Below the pieces are notes generated by a model, which was not told the DNA's origin, made no database searches, and saw only the letters and a list, made by a program, of their open reading frames with translations. 64,000 bases of DNA. It comes from an uncultured Candidatus Rokubacteria bacterium (GTDB lineage: Bacteria > Methylomirabilota > Methylomirabilia > Rokubacteriales > CSP1-6). Shown here in pieces: positions 48,303-58,439 of the stretch (position 1 is the first letter of the stretch; each line of letters begins with the position of its first letter). The position numbers were made by a program, and so were the translations under genes. The stretch covers positions 64,001-128,000 of the forward strand of contig CAVYTA010000004.1 in NCBI GenBank assembly GCA_963771355.1. Reading direction: 5' to 3'.

Positions 48303-50156
48303 TCAGCGAGCCGTCTTGCGGGATTTCTTGCGGATCGGCAGCCTCGAAAGCAAGCGGGCGGAACGGCCGAACGCTCTTCGAATGGATTCGTCGCTGACCA
48401 GGCGCGCGCCATCGGCATGATATTCCAGCACGAGCTTCCGGGTGTGAAAGGCCTCGAGCTCGGCGCGATGGCCGACGCTGATGACGGTGGCTTCGGGCAG
48501 CCGCTCCAGGACGAGTCGCATCAGCTGTTCCTGGCTCAGCGGATCGAGCGCGGCGGTGGCCTCATCCATCACGATCGTGTCCGGACGCTGGAGGAGCGCG
48601 CGGGCAAACGCCAGCCGCTGCTTTTCTCCGCCGGAGAGCACGTGTTCCCAGTTCGCGTCTTCATCGAGCCGATCGAGAAAATGACCCAGGCCCACGTCCT
48701 CGACGGTGGCACGGACCACCGCGTCGTCGACCTCCTCGGGCGAGAGCGGATACGTCACCGCCCGGCGTAGCGTCCCCAGCGGCACGTAGGGTCTTTGCGG
48801 CATCAAGAACAGCCCTTCGAACTTGACCAGGATTTCTCCGCGGCCCCACGGCCACAGTCCGGCGATCGCCCGCACCAGCGTGCTCTTGCCCGTGCCGGAT
48901 TCGCCGACGACCAGCACCTTTTCGCCGCGAGCGATCTCGATGTCCGCCTCGTTGACCACCGCGCTTCCGTCGTCCAGCGTTACCGAGACGTCCCGCAGCC
49001 GGAGCGTCCCCGCCTCCGCTTCCTTTCGAACAATTCGGCCGGTCGTTTCCTCCCGCTCGGCACGCTCCAGGCGGTCCAGCGACACCAGGAGCGAGGCCAA
49101 TCGGGACGCCGAGGCGGTCCAATCGGCGAGACGTGGATAGTTCTCGACCAACCAATTGAACGCCACCTGCACGATCATGAACGCGGAGGCGGCTTGCATG
49201 ACTTCACCGAGGGTCATGGTCCCGGCGACGTACTTGGGGGCGCACAGGAGAATGGGAATGATCGGCGCAAGCCCGCTACTGCTCTGGGAGACGAGGGTGG
49301 TGCGGATGTACTGCATCATCAGCTCGTACCAGCGCTGGCGGACCGTCGAGAACGCTCCGTCAAGGCCGGCGCGCTCCTCATTGCCCCCGCCCAGCATCGC
49401 GATGCTCTCGCCGTTTTCCCGGAGGCGCGTGAGCATGTACCGGTAGTCCGCCTCCGCCTGATTCTTGTTCTCGGAGACCGAGACAAAGGCGCGGGCAATC
49501 ATCACCATCGATCCACTGGCCAGCATGGCATAGATGAAGGCGGCGACGACCAGGAAGCCGGGGATCCGGAGCACGGTGCTTCCGAGGGGGAGCGTGAGCT
49601 CCCCGCCGATGAACCAGAGGACGCCGATGAAGACGATCGCTGAACTGACGGCCGAGAAGACGCCGATAAAAAACTCGACGGGGGCATCGACACTCATACG
49701 CAGATCCTCGGCCACGCGATATTCCGGGTTGGTGTGATCGCCCGGCACCAGGTTGAGCTGATAGTAGCGGCCGCCGGTGAGCCAGTGATCGAGCACGTGT
49801 GCGTTCAGCCACTCGCGCCACCGGCGCTGGAGGGTCATTTTCGCAAACGTGGCCGCGGCCGCCACCCCCACGATCGCGGCGATCAGAGGGAAAAAGATGA
49901 GGGCCTGGTGCAGCAGACCGCTGCCATCACGCTTGTCGAGGGCATCGAACGTCACGCGGTGCCAGACGTTCAGCCGATACTGCAGAACGAGATTCACGAG
50001 GGCGATGGCGATGACCATGAACGTCAATAGCCAGGCGGTGCGTCCGCCGCCTTTCCGCCAGAAGCCGAGGGCCGAGTCCCAGAAACGTGCGAGGAGGTAT
50101 TGGCGGCTTTGTTGCTCCTCGTCCGGAACCATCGCGGGCCCTTGATCTCTCGTCAT
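48303..50156 (-). CDS. ABC transporter permease/ATP-binding fusion (ABCD/YddA-like)
   Basis: NPEYRVAED, EADYR, GESGTGKST, LSGGEKQR, DEATAALD. Confidence 0.9.
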   Translation of the reverse strand: MTRDQGPAMVPDEEQQSRQYLLARFWDSALGFWRKGGGRTAWLLTFMVIAIALVNLVLQYRLNVWHRVTFDALDKRDGSGLLHQALIFFPLIAAIVGVAAAATFAKMTLQRRWREWLNAHVLDHWLTGGRYYQLNLVPGDHTNPEYRVAEDLRMSVDAPVEFFIGVFSAVSSAIVFIGVLWFIGGELTLPLGSTVLRIPGFLVVAAFIYAMLASGSMVMIARAFVSVSENKNQAEADYRYMLTRLRENGESIAMLGGGNEERAGLDGAFSTVRQRWYELMMQYIRTTLVSQSSSGLAPIIPILLCAPKYVAGTMTLGEVMQAASAFMIVQVAFNWLVENYPRLADWTASASRLASLLVSLDRLERAEREETTGRIVRKEAEAGTLRLRDVSVTLDDGSAVVNEADIEIARGEKVLVVGESGTGKSTLVRAIAGLWPWGRGEILVKFEGLFLMPQRPYVPLGTLRRAVTYPLSPEEVDDAVVRATVEDVGLGHFLDRLDEDANWEHVLSGGEKQRLAFARALLQRPDTIVMDEATAALDPLSQEQLMRLVLERLPEATVISVGHRAELEAFHTRKLVLEYHADGARLVSDESIRRAFGRSARLLSRLPIRKKSRKTAR

Positions 50157-50355
50157 GCCGATGCTCTCGGAGCGTCGACGTCCCGACGGATGCTTCGCCC
50201 CATGCATCCGATGATACTCAATTATGGAAGCTCAATGAACACGCGGTCGGCGTAACTCGCGCGGAGACGACGGCAAACCCGTGCGTCAGCACGGGGCACG
50301 CGGGGAATTCGCGGGACTTCCGGGGCGGTGGCGGCCCCGATCTGCGCTGGATCAG

Positions 50356-50386
50356 CGCGGGGCCACGGGTTGCCCGTGGCCCCGCG
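50356..50386 (-). terminator. 14-bp GC hairpin downstream of the delta-60 protein gene
   Basis: CGCGGGGCCACGGG-TTG-CCCGTGGCCCCGCG; no clear U-tract. Confidence 0.55.
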
Positions 50387-50409
50387 TCAAGACGGGGAAC
50401 GCGGATTGC

Positions 50410-52407
50410 TCAGCGGACCCGTGCCCCCCGGCGTGAGGAGACCGGGGGCGACACCGCCACATTGTTCGTCTCGTTCCGCTCCGCCACGTCGTTGAAGAAG
50501 TCGACGACGGCGATGACGACGAGCCCGGCCGCGTCGATCCCCTCGGGCAGCCGCAGATTCAGCCGGACGAGCTCCTCCCCGCCCAGCTCGAGCGTCTTGA
50601 CGCTCTCGTAGCCGAGGAACGTGTCGCCCTCGTCGAGGGTGTCGTCCTCGGACAGGTAGAAGGCGACTGTCGAGGGCACGGCGGTGGTCTCGAGGCCCGG
50701 ATTGAAGGCCCGGAGCGCGCCGACGAGCCAGCACTGGGGCCGATGGGCCGAGGCATTGCAGTGCTGCTCGACGTCGAGCCATTCGCCGGAGACGCCGGCG
50801 ACGCCGGTGTTGACCGTCTCGCAGCCGACGAAGGTGTCGGCGGGGTCGAAGAGGAAGCCCAGGTTGCTGCCCGTGCACACGTCGGTGCCGCCGCCACCAC
50901 TGAGCGTGTCCTGCCCGGTCCCGGCGATCAGCGTGTCGTTGCCGTCGCCGCCGAGCAAGGTGTCGTTGCCGTCACCGCCGCAGATGGTGTCGTTCCCGGC
51001 GCGGCCGTCGATGAAGTCGTTGCCGCCCAGGCCGTGGATCACGTCGTCCCTGAGAGTGCCCGTGATGGAGTCGGGGCCATTCGTGCCCACGATGGTCACG
51101 TTGAGGCCGTTGCACACGAAGGCGTGGTAGCGGGCCAGCGCGATCCGGCCGCCCGCGGAGCCGGCCGCGACGATGCGCCCGTCGCTCCGCTGGATGGCGA
51201 CCGCCTTGCCGAAGTCGTTCTGGGTCGCGTTGAAGTCGGTGATGAGCCGGCCGTCGCCGCTGAAGGTCGTGTCGAGCGAGCCATTCACGTTGAGCCGCGC
51301 CACGGCGATGTTGATGTTCGACGTCGCTCCCACCGTTTGGTTCACGTGACCGGCGACCACGATCTTGCCGTCGGGCTGGATCGCGACCGCCGAGGCGAAG
51401 GAGTCGGGGCCGAAGTCGATGGTGCGCAGGCCGTTGGTGCCGAAGCTCGCGTCCATGGTGCCGTCGGCGTTGTAGCGGGCGATCGCCATGCCGTTGTCGG
51501 TGGTGATGGGGATGCCGCCGCCGCCGGTCGTGACCTGGATGTCTCCCACGAGCAGGATCTTGCCGTCGGCCTGCACGGCCAGGGCCTTCACCGTCACGTC
51601 GGTTCCCCCGCCGCCGAAGAGCGTGTGGTCCGCGCCGTTGACGGTGTCCGACGTCTGGCCGATGTTCTGCGGAAACCCGCCGTTGATGTAGTCCCACGAG
51701 AACGCTCTCCGCCCCAGGAAGATCCGGGTGCCCGCGACCAGGATCCGACCGTCGGGGACGATCGCGACGGCGACGGCCGCTTCGGTGCCGCCGAAGTTCT
51801 TGGCGATGATGCCGGTGGAGGGCTGGGGGCCGAACGTCGTATCGAGCGCGCCACTGGCGTCGAGGCGGGCGATCGCCCAGTCGCTGCCCGTGCCCCCCAC
51901 GATGACGATCCGACCGTCCGCCTGGATCGCGACGCTCTGGGCGGCGCCGCCGTTCGGATTGGAGAACTCCAGCGTGCGGACGCCGCTGTCGCCGAAGGTC
52001 CCGTCCAGCGTGCCGTTGGTGTTGTAGCGTGCCATCCCCACGCGGCCATTGGACTCTGCCCCCGCGCGCCCCGCGACCAGGATCCTGCCATCGCTCTGGA
52101 TGGCGACGGCCCTCGCGTCGGCGACCGAGAGGCCGCCGAAGTCGGTCAGGACGATGCCGGTGCCGCCGAACGTGGAGTCGAGCGTGCCATTTCGGTTGTA
52201 CCGCAGGACGGCGAAATCGCCCGCGGACTGTCCTACCACGACGATCTTGCCGTCGGCCTGGATGGCGATCGCGCTGACCGTTCCCGTCGGCAGGCCGGTC
52301 TCGACGTGGCGGCCGTCGCCGCTGAAGGTCGTATCCAGGTCGCCCGGCGCCGCGTGCGCCACCGCCACTACCGCCAGCACCATCAGCAACGACGCGAGCA
52401 GTCTCAT
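50410..52407 (-). CDS. Secreted delta-60 repeat (beta-propeller-like) protein with RTX-type Ca-binding repeats and a CARDB-like C-terminus
   Basis: AGGAGG SD; signal peptide ..AHA-A; repeated IQxDGKIVV / RYNxxGxLDxTF; GGNDFIDG/GNDTL repeats; FYLSEDDTLD...NETNN. Confidence 0.88.
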   Translation of the reverse strand: MRLLASLLMVLAVVAVAHAAPGDLDTTFSGDGRHVETGLPTGTVSAIAIQADGKIVVVGQSAGDFAVLRYNRNGTLDSTFGGTGIVLTDFGGLSVADARAVAIQSDGRILVAGRAGAESNGRVGMARYNTNGTLDGTFGDSGVRTLEFSNPNGGAAQSVAIQADGRIVIVGGTGSDWAIARLDASGALDTTFGPQPSTGIIAKNFGGTEAAVAVAIVPDGRILVAGTRIFLGRRAFSWDYINGGFPQNIGQTSDTVNGADHTLFGGGGTDVTVKALAVQADGKILLVGDIQVTTGGGGIPITTDNGMAIARYNADGTMDASFGTNGLRTIDFGPDSFASAVAIQPDGKIVVAGHVNQTVGATSNINIAVARLNVNGSLDTTFSGDGRLITDFNATQNDFGKAVAIQRSDGRIVAAGSAGGRIALARYHAFVCNGLNVTIVGTNGPDSITGTLRDDVIHGLGGNDFIDGRAGNDTICGGDGNDTLLGGDGNDTLIAGTGQDTLSGGGGTDVCTGSNLGFLFDPADTFVGCETVNTGVAGVSGEWLDVEQHCNASAHRPQCWLVGALRAFNPGLETTAVPSTVAFYLSEDDTLDEGDTFLGYESVKTLELGGEELVRLNLRLPEGIDAAGLVVIAVVDFFNDVAERNETNNVAVSPPVSSRRGARVR

Positions 52408-52418
52408 CTTCGTCCTCC

Positions 52419-52622
52419 TCATGGGATGGAATCCGGCCCCTCGATATGGTCGCGGCGGGCTCCGAGCATCCGTGCGATCAGGGGACCGATCGCCGCGGCC
52501 TCGTGAAAACGTTCCTTCTCGCCGGTCCGGACGCGTTCGATGACGCCGACCAGGCCGCCGGTCTCGTCGGGAACGACCCGCACCAAGAAGGCCACCGGGG
52601 CCCAGCCTGTCCGCTCGTTCAT
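52419..52622 (-). CDS. Small hypothetical protein (67 aa) upstream of the delta-60 gene
   Basis: Co-oriented; ends 12 nt before the delta-60 start; FLVRV..GVIERVRTGEKERF. Confidence 0.6.
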   Translation of the reverse strand: MNERTGWAPVAFLVRVVPDETGGLVGVIERVRTGEKERFHEAAAIGPLIARMLGARRDHIEGPDSIP

Positions 52623-52646
52623 GCCGCAGGTGTACGCCGGTGGGCG

Positions 52647-52665
52647 TCACAGGAACATCACAGGA
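52647..52665. promoter_or_regulatory. Direct repeat with 11-bp period (candidate SARP/OmpR-type operator)
   Basis: TCACAGGA at 52647 and 52658. Confidence 0.55.
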
Positions 52666-52737
52666 TCCGACTCCGGCCCACGGGCCCTGTGGAACGCTAT
52701 GCTAGAGTTCGGTCCGGCCGGTCACGCCGCCCGCTCC

Positions 52738-55700
52738 ATGACCCGACTCCACCTGGCTCTTCTCGGCAGCTTCGACGCTCGCCTCGACCCCGGCGGCCGC
52801 CTGACCCTCGCCCGGCAGAAGGTCGCGGCGCTGCTCGCCTTCCTCGCCTCGACCCCCGGCCGGCTACACCGACGGGACACGCTGGCGGCCTTGCTCTGGG
52901 CCGACGCGCCGGGCCCACGGGCCCGGCAGAGCCTCCGCACGGCGCTGGCGGAGCTCCGCCTCGCGCTGGCGCCGGTCTCCTCGTGCCTGATCGAGCGCGG
53001 CGATGCCGTCGGCCTCGACTCCGACGCCGTGGACGTGGACGTGGCCAGGTTCGAGGCCCTGCTCGCGAACGGTGGGCCGGCAGCGCTCGAGCAGGCGGCG
53101 GGGATCTACCGTGGCGAGCTCCTCGAAGGCCTCCGCGTGGCCGAGGCGCCCTTCGAGGAATGGCTCATGGCCGAGCGGGAGCGGCTGCGCGAGCTGGCTC
53201 TGGAGGCGCTGGCCCGGATCCTCGCCGGCCACATCAGAGCCGATGCCCTCGCTCAGGCCGTGCAGACGGCGCTCAGACTGGTCGCTCTCGACCCGCTGCA
53301 GGAGACCGTGCATCGCACGCTGATGCGTCTGTACCTCCGGCTGGGCCGCCGGGGCGCCGGCCTCCGGCAGTACCAGGCTTGCCTGGACGCGCTACGCCGG
53401 GAGCTGGGGGCCGAGCCCGAAGCCGAGACCCGAGCGCTCTATCTCGAGCTCCTCCAGTCGGCGAGCAGCCCGGCGCCGCCCGAGGCCGCGATGGCGTCGC
53501 CCGGCCTCGCGGAGGCGCCCGCGGTGTATCCCGCACCGCTAGTCGGCCGTGCCAGCGACCTGGCACGGCTCGGGCAAGCTTACGAGGCAGCGCGACGGGG
53601 AGGCCCGCCGGTGCTGGCCCTGATCGGTGAGGCCGGGATCGGGAAGACGCGCCTCCTCGACGAGCTCGTCGCCACCCTGTCCCCGCAGGATGCGCGCGTG
53701 GTCGTCGGCCGCGCGTACGAGACGGAGTCCCAGCTGCCGTTCGGCGTCTGGATCCACACGCTCCGGGAGCGAGGCGTGCTCTCCGACATCCGGCGGCATG
53801 TCGAGCGGCATCGGACGCGCCTCGGCGAGCTGGCGCGCCTGCTCCCCGAGCTGGCGAGCCTCGAGGCGGAGCCGGCGGGCGTCACCACCGACCCCGGTCG
53901 GCTGTTCGAAGCCTTGAGCGAGGTCGTGAGGGAGCTCGCACGGTCCGGGCTGCTGCTCGTGCTGGAGGATCTGCACTGGGCCGACGACTCGAGCCTCCGC
54001 TTCCTGGCGTTCCTCGCTCGACGCGTGGAGGGCGCCTCGGTGGCGATCGTCGTGTCCGCCCGCGAGGAGGAGCTGGCCGGATCGCCGCTGCTCCAGCAGG
54101 TGCTGGCCGAGCTCGAGCGCGAGGGACGCGGCGTGAAGATACGGCTGACGCCCCTGTCGCACGAGGCCACGGTGGCGCTGGTCCGGGCCCTGGCGCGAGC
54201 GGGCACGGACCCGGCGAGCCTCGAGCGCCTGGGCGAGGAGATGTGGCGGGTCAGCGAAGGGTACCCGTTCATGGTGGTCGAGTCGATGCGCGCCCTCGCC
54301 GAAGGCGGCACCACGGCGGCGGTGGCGGGCCTGCCGCTGCCCGAGCGCGTGCGCGACACCATCGTCGGCCGGCTGGAGCGTCTCCCCGAGCGCGCCCGGC
54401 GCCTCATGAGCGTGGCCGCCGCCGTCGGGCAGGAGTTCGAGTTCCGTGTGCTGCAGCATGCGGGCGGGCTCGAGGCCACCGAAGCCGCCGAGGCGGTGGA
54501 GGAGCTGGTCGCGCGGCGAATCCTGCACGCCGTCGGCGAGCGGCTGGACTTCACCCACGATTGGATCCGCCGGGCCGCTCACGACCGCGTGATTTCGCCG
54601 GCGCGCCCGGCCCTGCACGACGCGATCGGCCGGGCGCTCGAGACGCTCTACGCCGACCGGCTGGACGAGGTCGCCGACCGGCTCGCCCACCACTACGCGC
54701 AGGCCGGCGATGCGCCCAAGGCCGTTCGGTACCTGCGCCGCCTTGCGGACGCCGCGGGCCGGCGCTACGCCATCGCGGACGCCATCCGGATCCTGCGCCA
54801 GGCGCTCGAGCACGTGGCCCGCCTGCCCGTCGCGGACCGTGCGCGCGACGGCATCGGTGTGAGCCTGGAGCTGGCCGTCGCCCTGTCGATCGTGGGTAGG
54901 TTCGGCGAGATCATGGACGTGCTGGAACCCCTCCACGACGTCGTGGGCCGTCTCGCCGAGCCACGGGTCGCCGGGCCGTACTTCGCGCGCATGGCCCTGA
55001 CCCGGAGCCTGCTCGGCGACCACGCGCGCAGCGAGGAAGCGGCGCGCCGGGCGCAAGCGGAGGCTGAGCGGTGCGGCGATCGCGCCACGCTCGGCATGGC
55101 GCACTATGTGCTCGCCGTCGAGGGATTCACGACCGGCGACGCCATCGGCGGGCTGGCGCACGCGCGAGAGGCGGTCGCGCGGATGGAGCAGGCCGGTGAT
55201 CGGGCGTGGCTCGCCCAGGCCTGCTGGATCTCCGGATTCCTGCAGTACCAGCTCGGAGAGTTCGACGCCGCCATCGAGTCGGAGATGCGGATGGCCGCGA
55301 TCGCCGAGTCGCTGGGCGACCAGGGGCGACAAGCCACCGCGCTATGGACGTGCGCGCTGTGCCACGTCGGTCGCGGCGACGTCGTGGCCGCCGAGGAAAC
55401 GGCGCGCCGGGCACTGGACCTCTCCCCGGATCCCTCCAACCGGGCGACGGCCGAGGCCCTGCTGGCGATGGCGGTGGCCGAGGCGGGCGACGCGGAACGG
55501 GCTATCCCCCTCCTGGAGGAGGCGGAGCGGCAGCACGAGCCATTCCGGCTGCGCCAGGCCGGCGTGACGGTTTCCCTCGCGGCGGCCTACCGGGAGGCCG
55601 GCCGGATCGCCGAGGCACGGGACGCCGCCCTCCGAGCCCTCGAGGTCAGCCGGCTGACCTCGTTCGCCTGGGCGCGGGCGGCCGCGGAGCGCGAGCTCGG

Positions 55701-55989
55701 TCGCGTCGCCATGGTCCTTCAGGATGAGACCGCCGCTCGCAATCATCTCCACGCCGCGCTCGAGCTGTTCCGGGCGATTCCGGCGCGCTTCGAGATGGGT
55801 CGGACGCATCTGGACCTGGCCCGGCTGCCGGAGGCGCACGACGCCGCGGTGGGAAGGCGACGGCATCTCGGCGAGGCGCTGCGCGCGTTCCAGGCGGCCC
55901 GGGCGCCCCGGTACCTCGACCGGGCGGAGCGCCTGGCGATGGATCTGAGGGTCGCCGACCTGACCGGCGACGACGCTTCTCGATCCTGA
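52738..55989 (+). CDS. SARP-family regulator: wHTH-BTAD plus AAA/STAND ATPase plus TPR
   Basis: LALLGSF, RDTLAALLW, YRGELLEG..FEEWL..ERERLR, DPLQE, GEAGIGKT, LEDLHWAD, TPR-like C-terminus. Confidence 0.92.
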   Translation: MTRLHLALLGSFDARLDPGGRLTLARQKVAALLAFLASTPGRLHRRDTLAALLWADAPGPRARQSLRTALAELRLALAPVSSCLIERGDAVGLDSDAVDVDVARFEALLANGGPAALEQAAGIYRGELLEGLRVAEAPFEEWLMAERERLRELALEALARILAGHIRADALAQAVQTALRLVALDPLQETVHRTLMRLYLRLGRRGAGLRQYQACLDALRRELGAEPEAETRALYLELLQSASSPAPPEAAMASPGLAEAPAVYPAPLVGRASDLARLGQAYEAARRGGPPVLALIGEAGIGKTRLLDELVATLSPQDARVVVGRAYETESQLPFGVWIHTLRERGVLSDIRRHVERHRTRLGELARLLPELASLEAEPAGVTTDPGRLFEALSEVVRELARSGLLLVLEDLHWADDSSLRFLAFLARRVEGASVAIVVSAREEELAGSPLLQQVLAELEREGRGVKIRLTPLSHEATVALVRALARAGTDPASLERLGEEMWRVSEGYPFMVVESMRALAEGGTTAAVAGLPLPERVRDTIVGRLERLPERARRLMSVAAAVGQEFEFRVLQHAGGLEATEAAEAVEELVARRILHAVGERLDFTHDWIRRAAHDRVISPARPALHDAIGRALETLYADRLDEVADRLAHHYAQAGDAPKAVRYLRRLADAAGRRYAIADAIRILRQALEHVARLPVADRARDGIGVSLELAVALSIVGRFGEIMDVLEPLHDVVGRLAEPRVAGPYFARMALTRSLLGDHARSEEAARRAQAEAERCGDRATLGMAHYVLAVEGFTTGDAIGGLAHAREAVARMEQAGDRAWLAQACWISGFLQYQLGEFDAAIESEMRMAAIAESLGDQGRQATALWTCALCHVGRGDVVAAEETARRALDLSPDPSNRATAEALLAMAVAEAGDAERAIPLLEEAERQHEPFRLRQAGVTVSLAAAYREAGRIAEARDAALRALEVSRLTSFAWARAAAERELGRVAMVLQDETAARNHLHAALELFRAIPARFEMGRTHLDLARLPEAHDAAVGRRRHLGEALRAFQAARAPRYLDRAERLAMDLRVADLTGDDASRS

Positions 55990-56145
55990 CGCCGAGTCAA
56001 ACGGCCAAGGGTCATGACCCGAGAAGAGCTGGCCCCCAACTGAGACGAACCCCCCAATCGAGACAAATGCACCCACTCGCGGCCAACGCCGCTAGGGTTC
56101 ATCCGAGAGCGCCCCCGCACGTCGAACCCTGACGCTGCACGGTTG

Positions 56146-56265
56146 ACCCAGAAGGACGTCGCCGAGCGGATCCTGTAATCGAAGGCCGACCTCGAAGGCG
56201 ACCGCAAGCACGTGACCGTCCTCTTCGCGGTCATGCAGGCCTTGCTGGAGCTGTTGGCCGCCTTT
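56146..56265 (+). pseudogene. Degenerate fragment of an adenylate/guanylate cyclase-AAA gene
   Basis: Translates TQKDVAERIL*SKADLEGDRKHVTVLFAVMQALLELLAA, resembling the 'LAEKIL...LEGERKQVTVLFAD' class III cyclase entry; internal stop codon. Confidence 0.6.
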
Positions 56266-56385
56266 TAGGTAGATGACCTTGATGACGCGCAGGTGGAGTG
56301 TGCCGCCAGGGACCAGGCGGTGGCACGGCTCGCGCTGAAGGATGACCGTCCGCTTCGCCGGGACCGTCGCGGCGGGACGGTGCGG

Positions 56386-57270
56386 TCAGCCCGCGCGCCG
56401 CAACCGCTCGATCCGCTCCTCGATGGGCGGATGGGTCATGAATAGCCGCATCAGCCCTCGCCGCGTCACGCCCGAGATACCGAAGGCCGCCATCTGGTCG
56501 GGCAGCGGCTCTCGACCATAACTCGCCCGCAAGCGCTCGAGCGCCCCGATCATCCGCTCGCGACCCGCCAGGCGCGCGCCGCCCGCATCGGCCCGGAACT
56601 CGCGCCGGCGCGAGAACCAGAACACGATCAGGCTCGCCAGGATGCCGATGACGAGCTCGGCGATGATGGTGGTGATCCAGAATGCCGGCCCGTGCCCCCG
56701 CTCCGTCTTGAACACGACGCGGTCCACGATGTGGCCGAGGACGCGGGAGAGGAAGATCACGAAGGTGTTCACGACGCCCTGGATCAGGGCCAGCGTGATC
56801 ATGTCGCCGTTGGCGACGTGGCTCACCTCGTGGCCCAGCACGGCCTCGACCTCCTCGCGCCGCATGCGCTGGAGAAGCCCCGTGCTCACGGCCACCAAAG
56901 CGTTGTTACGGCGGGCGCCCGTGGCGAAGGCGTTGGGATCCGGCGAGTCGAACACCGCCACCTGGGGCATCCCGATCCCGGCGGCCTGCGCTTGGCGGCG
57001 GACCGTCTCCACGAGCCACTCCTCCGTGGGGTTCGACGGCCGCTCGATGACCTGGGCGCCGGTGAAGCGCTTGGCCGTCCACTTGGAGAGGGCCAGCGAG
57101 ATGAACGAGCCGCCCATGCCGAAGACGGCCGCGAAGACCAGCAACGCCTTGAGGTCGAGGTCCACGCCCTGGGCGTCCAGGATGCGCTCCACGCCGAGGA
57201 GCCGGAGGGTGATGCTCAGCACGACGATAATGGCCAGGTTCGTTGCCAGGAACAGCATGACGCGCTTCAC
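56386..57270 (-). CDS. htpX: Zinc metalloprotease HtpX
   Basis: [37 protein letters not shown]. Confidence 0.95.
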   Translation of the reverse strand: MKRVMLFLATNLAIIVVLSITLRLLGVERILDAQGVDLDLKALLVFAAVFGMGGSFISLALSKWTAKRFTGAQVIERPSNPTEEWLVETVRRQAQAAGIGMPQVAVFDSPDPNAFATGARRNNALVAVSTGLLQRMRREEVEAVLGHEVSHVANGDMITLALIQGVVNTFVIFLSRVLGHIVDRVVFKTERGHGPAFWITTIIAELVIGILASLIVFWFSRRREFRADAGGARLAGRERMIGALERLRASYGREPLPDQMAAFGISGVTRRGLMRLFMTHPPIEERIERLRRAG

Positions 57271-57643
57271 GGGTAGTTACCTCCTCCAGGGTTCAGGCGG
57301 CGATCCGGACCCGAGCGGGTCGGGCCTCGTCTGAGCAGAACTGGCGCATTTTACACTAGGGGCCAGTCCATGACTTGGACGTGCTCGGCAGGGTAACTGT
57401 CCGGTGCCCCCCTTCACGCCCGTGGGGACCAGGAGGCTCGCCTAACGCCACCGAATCGCGCTAATGATGGCTATGCACTTCGAACCCCTCACGCGCCCCG
57501 TCAGGCCGATCCCGGCTGGGGCGCCGCCTGCCCCGTCAGGCCGGCCCCGACCCGCCGGATCCGTATTTCCCCGCAAGTTTGAGTCCGCGGGGAACGGTCG
57601 CAGCCCCTCGCGCGTCTCAGTGAATGAGGAAGGCTCTAACGAT

Positions 57644-58027
57644 ATGATGGTGACCCGGCGCTCGCTCTTGACGCTTCTCCTGGCTCCGCTCGGGCTAGGG
57701 CCCCTGGCCGGGCTGGCGGAGGCCCAGAGCATCACTCCGAGCAACGCCTCCAACTACTTCCGCGTCGAGTCTCAGAGCGGCCCCGGCCGGGACGGGCAGC
57801 CCACCGTGTGGGGCTACATCCACAACGAGCGAGGCCTGGGCAATGCGCGCGTGCGAATCCTGGTGGAGACGCTCGACGCGTCTGGCAAGTCCATCGCCCA
57901 GGAAATCGACTACGTAGACAACGAGGTTACCCTCTTCGGCCGCCGCTACTTCGAGGTGCGCCCGAAGACGCCGGGCGCGAGCTATCGGGTCACCGTCCAC
58001 TCGGGCGACTGGACCCGTAGCACCTAG
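57644..58027 (+). CDS. Exported Ig-like (FxLYD-like) protein, paralogue 1
   Basis: TRRSLL signal; YFRVE..VWGY..ETLDA.G..YFEVRP..YRVTV. Confidence 0.7.
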   Translation: MMVTRRSLLTLLLAPLGLGPLAGLAEAQSITPSNASNYFRVESQSGPGRDGQPTVWGYIHNERGLGNARVRILVETLDASGKSIAQEIDYVDNEVTLFGRRYFEVRPKTPGASYRVTVHSGDWTRST

Positions 58028-58043
58028 TCCCGAGTCGGATCGC

Positions 58044-58436
58044 ATGAGCCCCGTCACCCGCCGAACCATCCTGGGCTTGTTCCCGATCGCGCTCCTCGCG
58101 GGCTGGGCCAGCCCCGCTCACGCCCAGAGTGTCACTGCCGAGACCGCCCCGAAGTTCTTCCGTGTCGAATCCCAGCCCGGCATGGACGGTAAGGGTCGCC
58201 CCATCGTCTGGGGCTATGTCTATCTCCACTCGAAGGGCCAGGGTAGCGCCCGCGTTCGCCTCCTGCTCGAGACCCTCGATGCCGCGGGCATGCCCATCGC
58301 CCGGGAGATCGTCTACGTGGACAGCGAGGTGCCTCTCTACAACCGCGCCTACTTCGAGGTGCGGCCCGGCACGGTCGGCCCGGCCTACCGCGTGACCGTG
58401 TACTCCGCCGACTGGGGCAAGATGGGAGGTCTCTAG
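58044..58436 (+). CDS. Exported Ig-like (FxLYD-like) protein, paralogue 2
   Basis: TRRTIL signal, AHA-Q cleavage; same conserved motifs. Confidence 0.72.
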   Translation: MSPVTRRTILGLFPIALLAGWASPAHAQSVTAETAPKFFRVESQPGMDGKGRPIVWGYVYLHSKGQGSARVRLLLETLDAAGMPIAREIVYVDSEVPLYNRAYFEVRPGTVGPAYRVTVYSADWGKMGGL

Positions 58437-58439
58437 GCG

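Noticed and set aside
44633..48418. 1261-aa minus-strand ORF as a giant antiporter fusion
   Set aside because: The N-terminal ~730 aa are antisense to the TreS-like gene and the intergenic spacer; the antiporter starts at 46234.
57478..57495. TCGAACCCCT match to the tRNA-Ala T-arm as a possible att-site duplication
   Set aside because: Only about 10 nt match, the tRNA 3' end is not duplicated, and no integrase is present.
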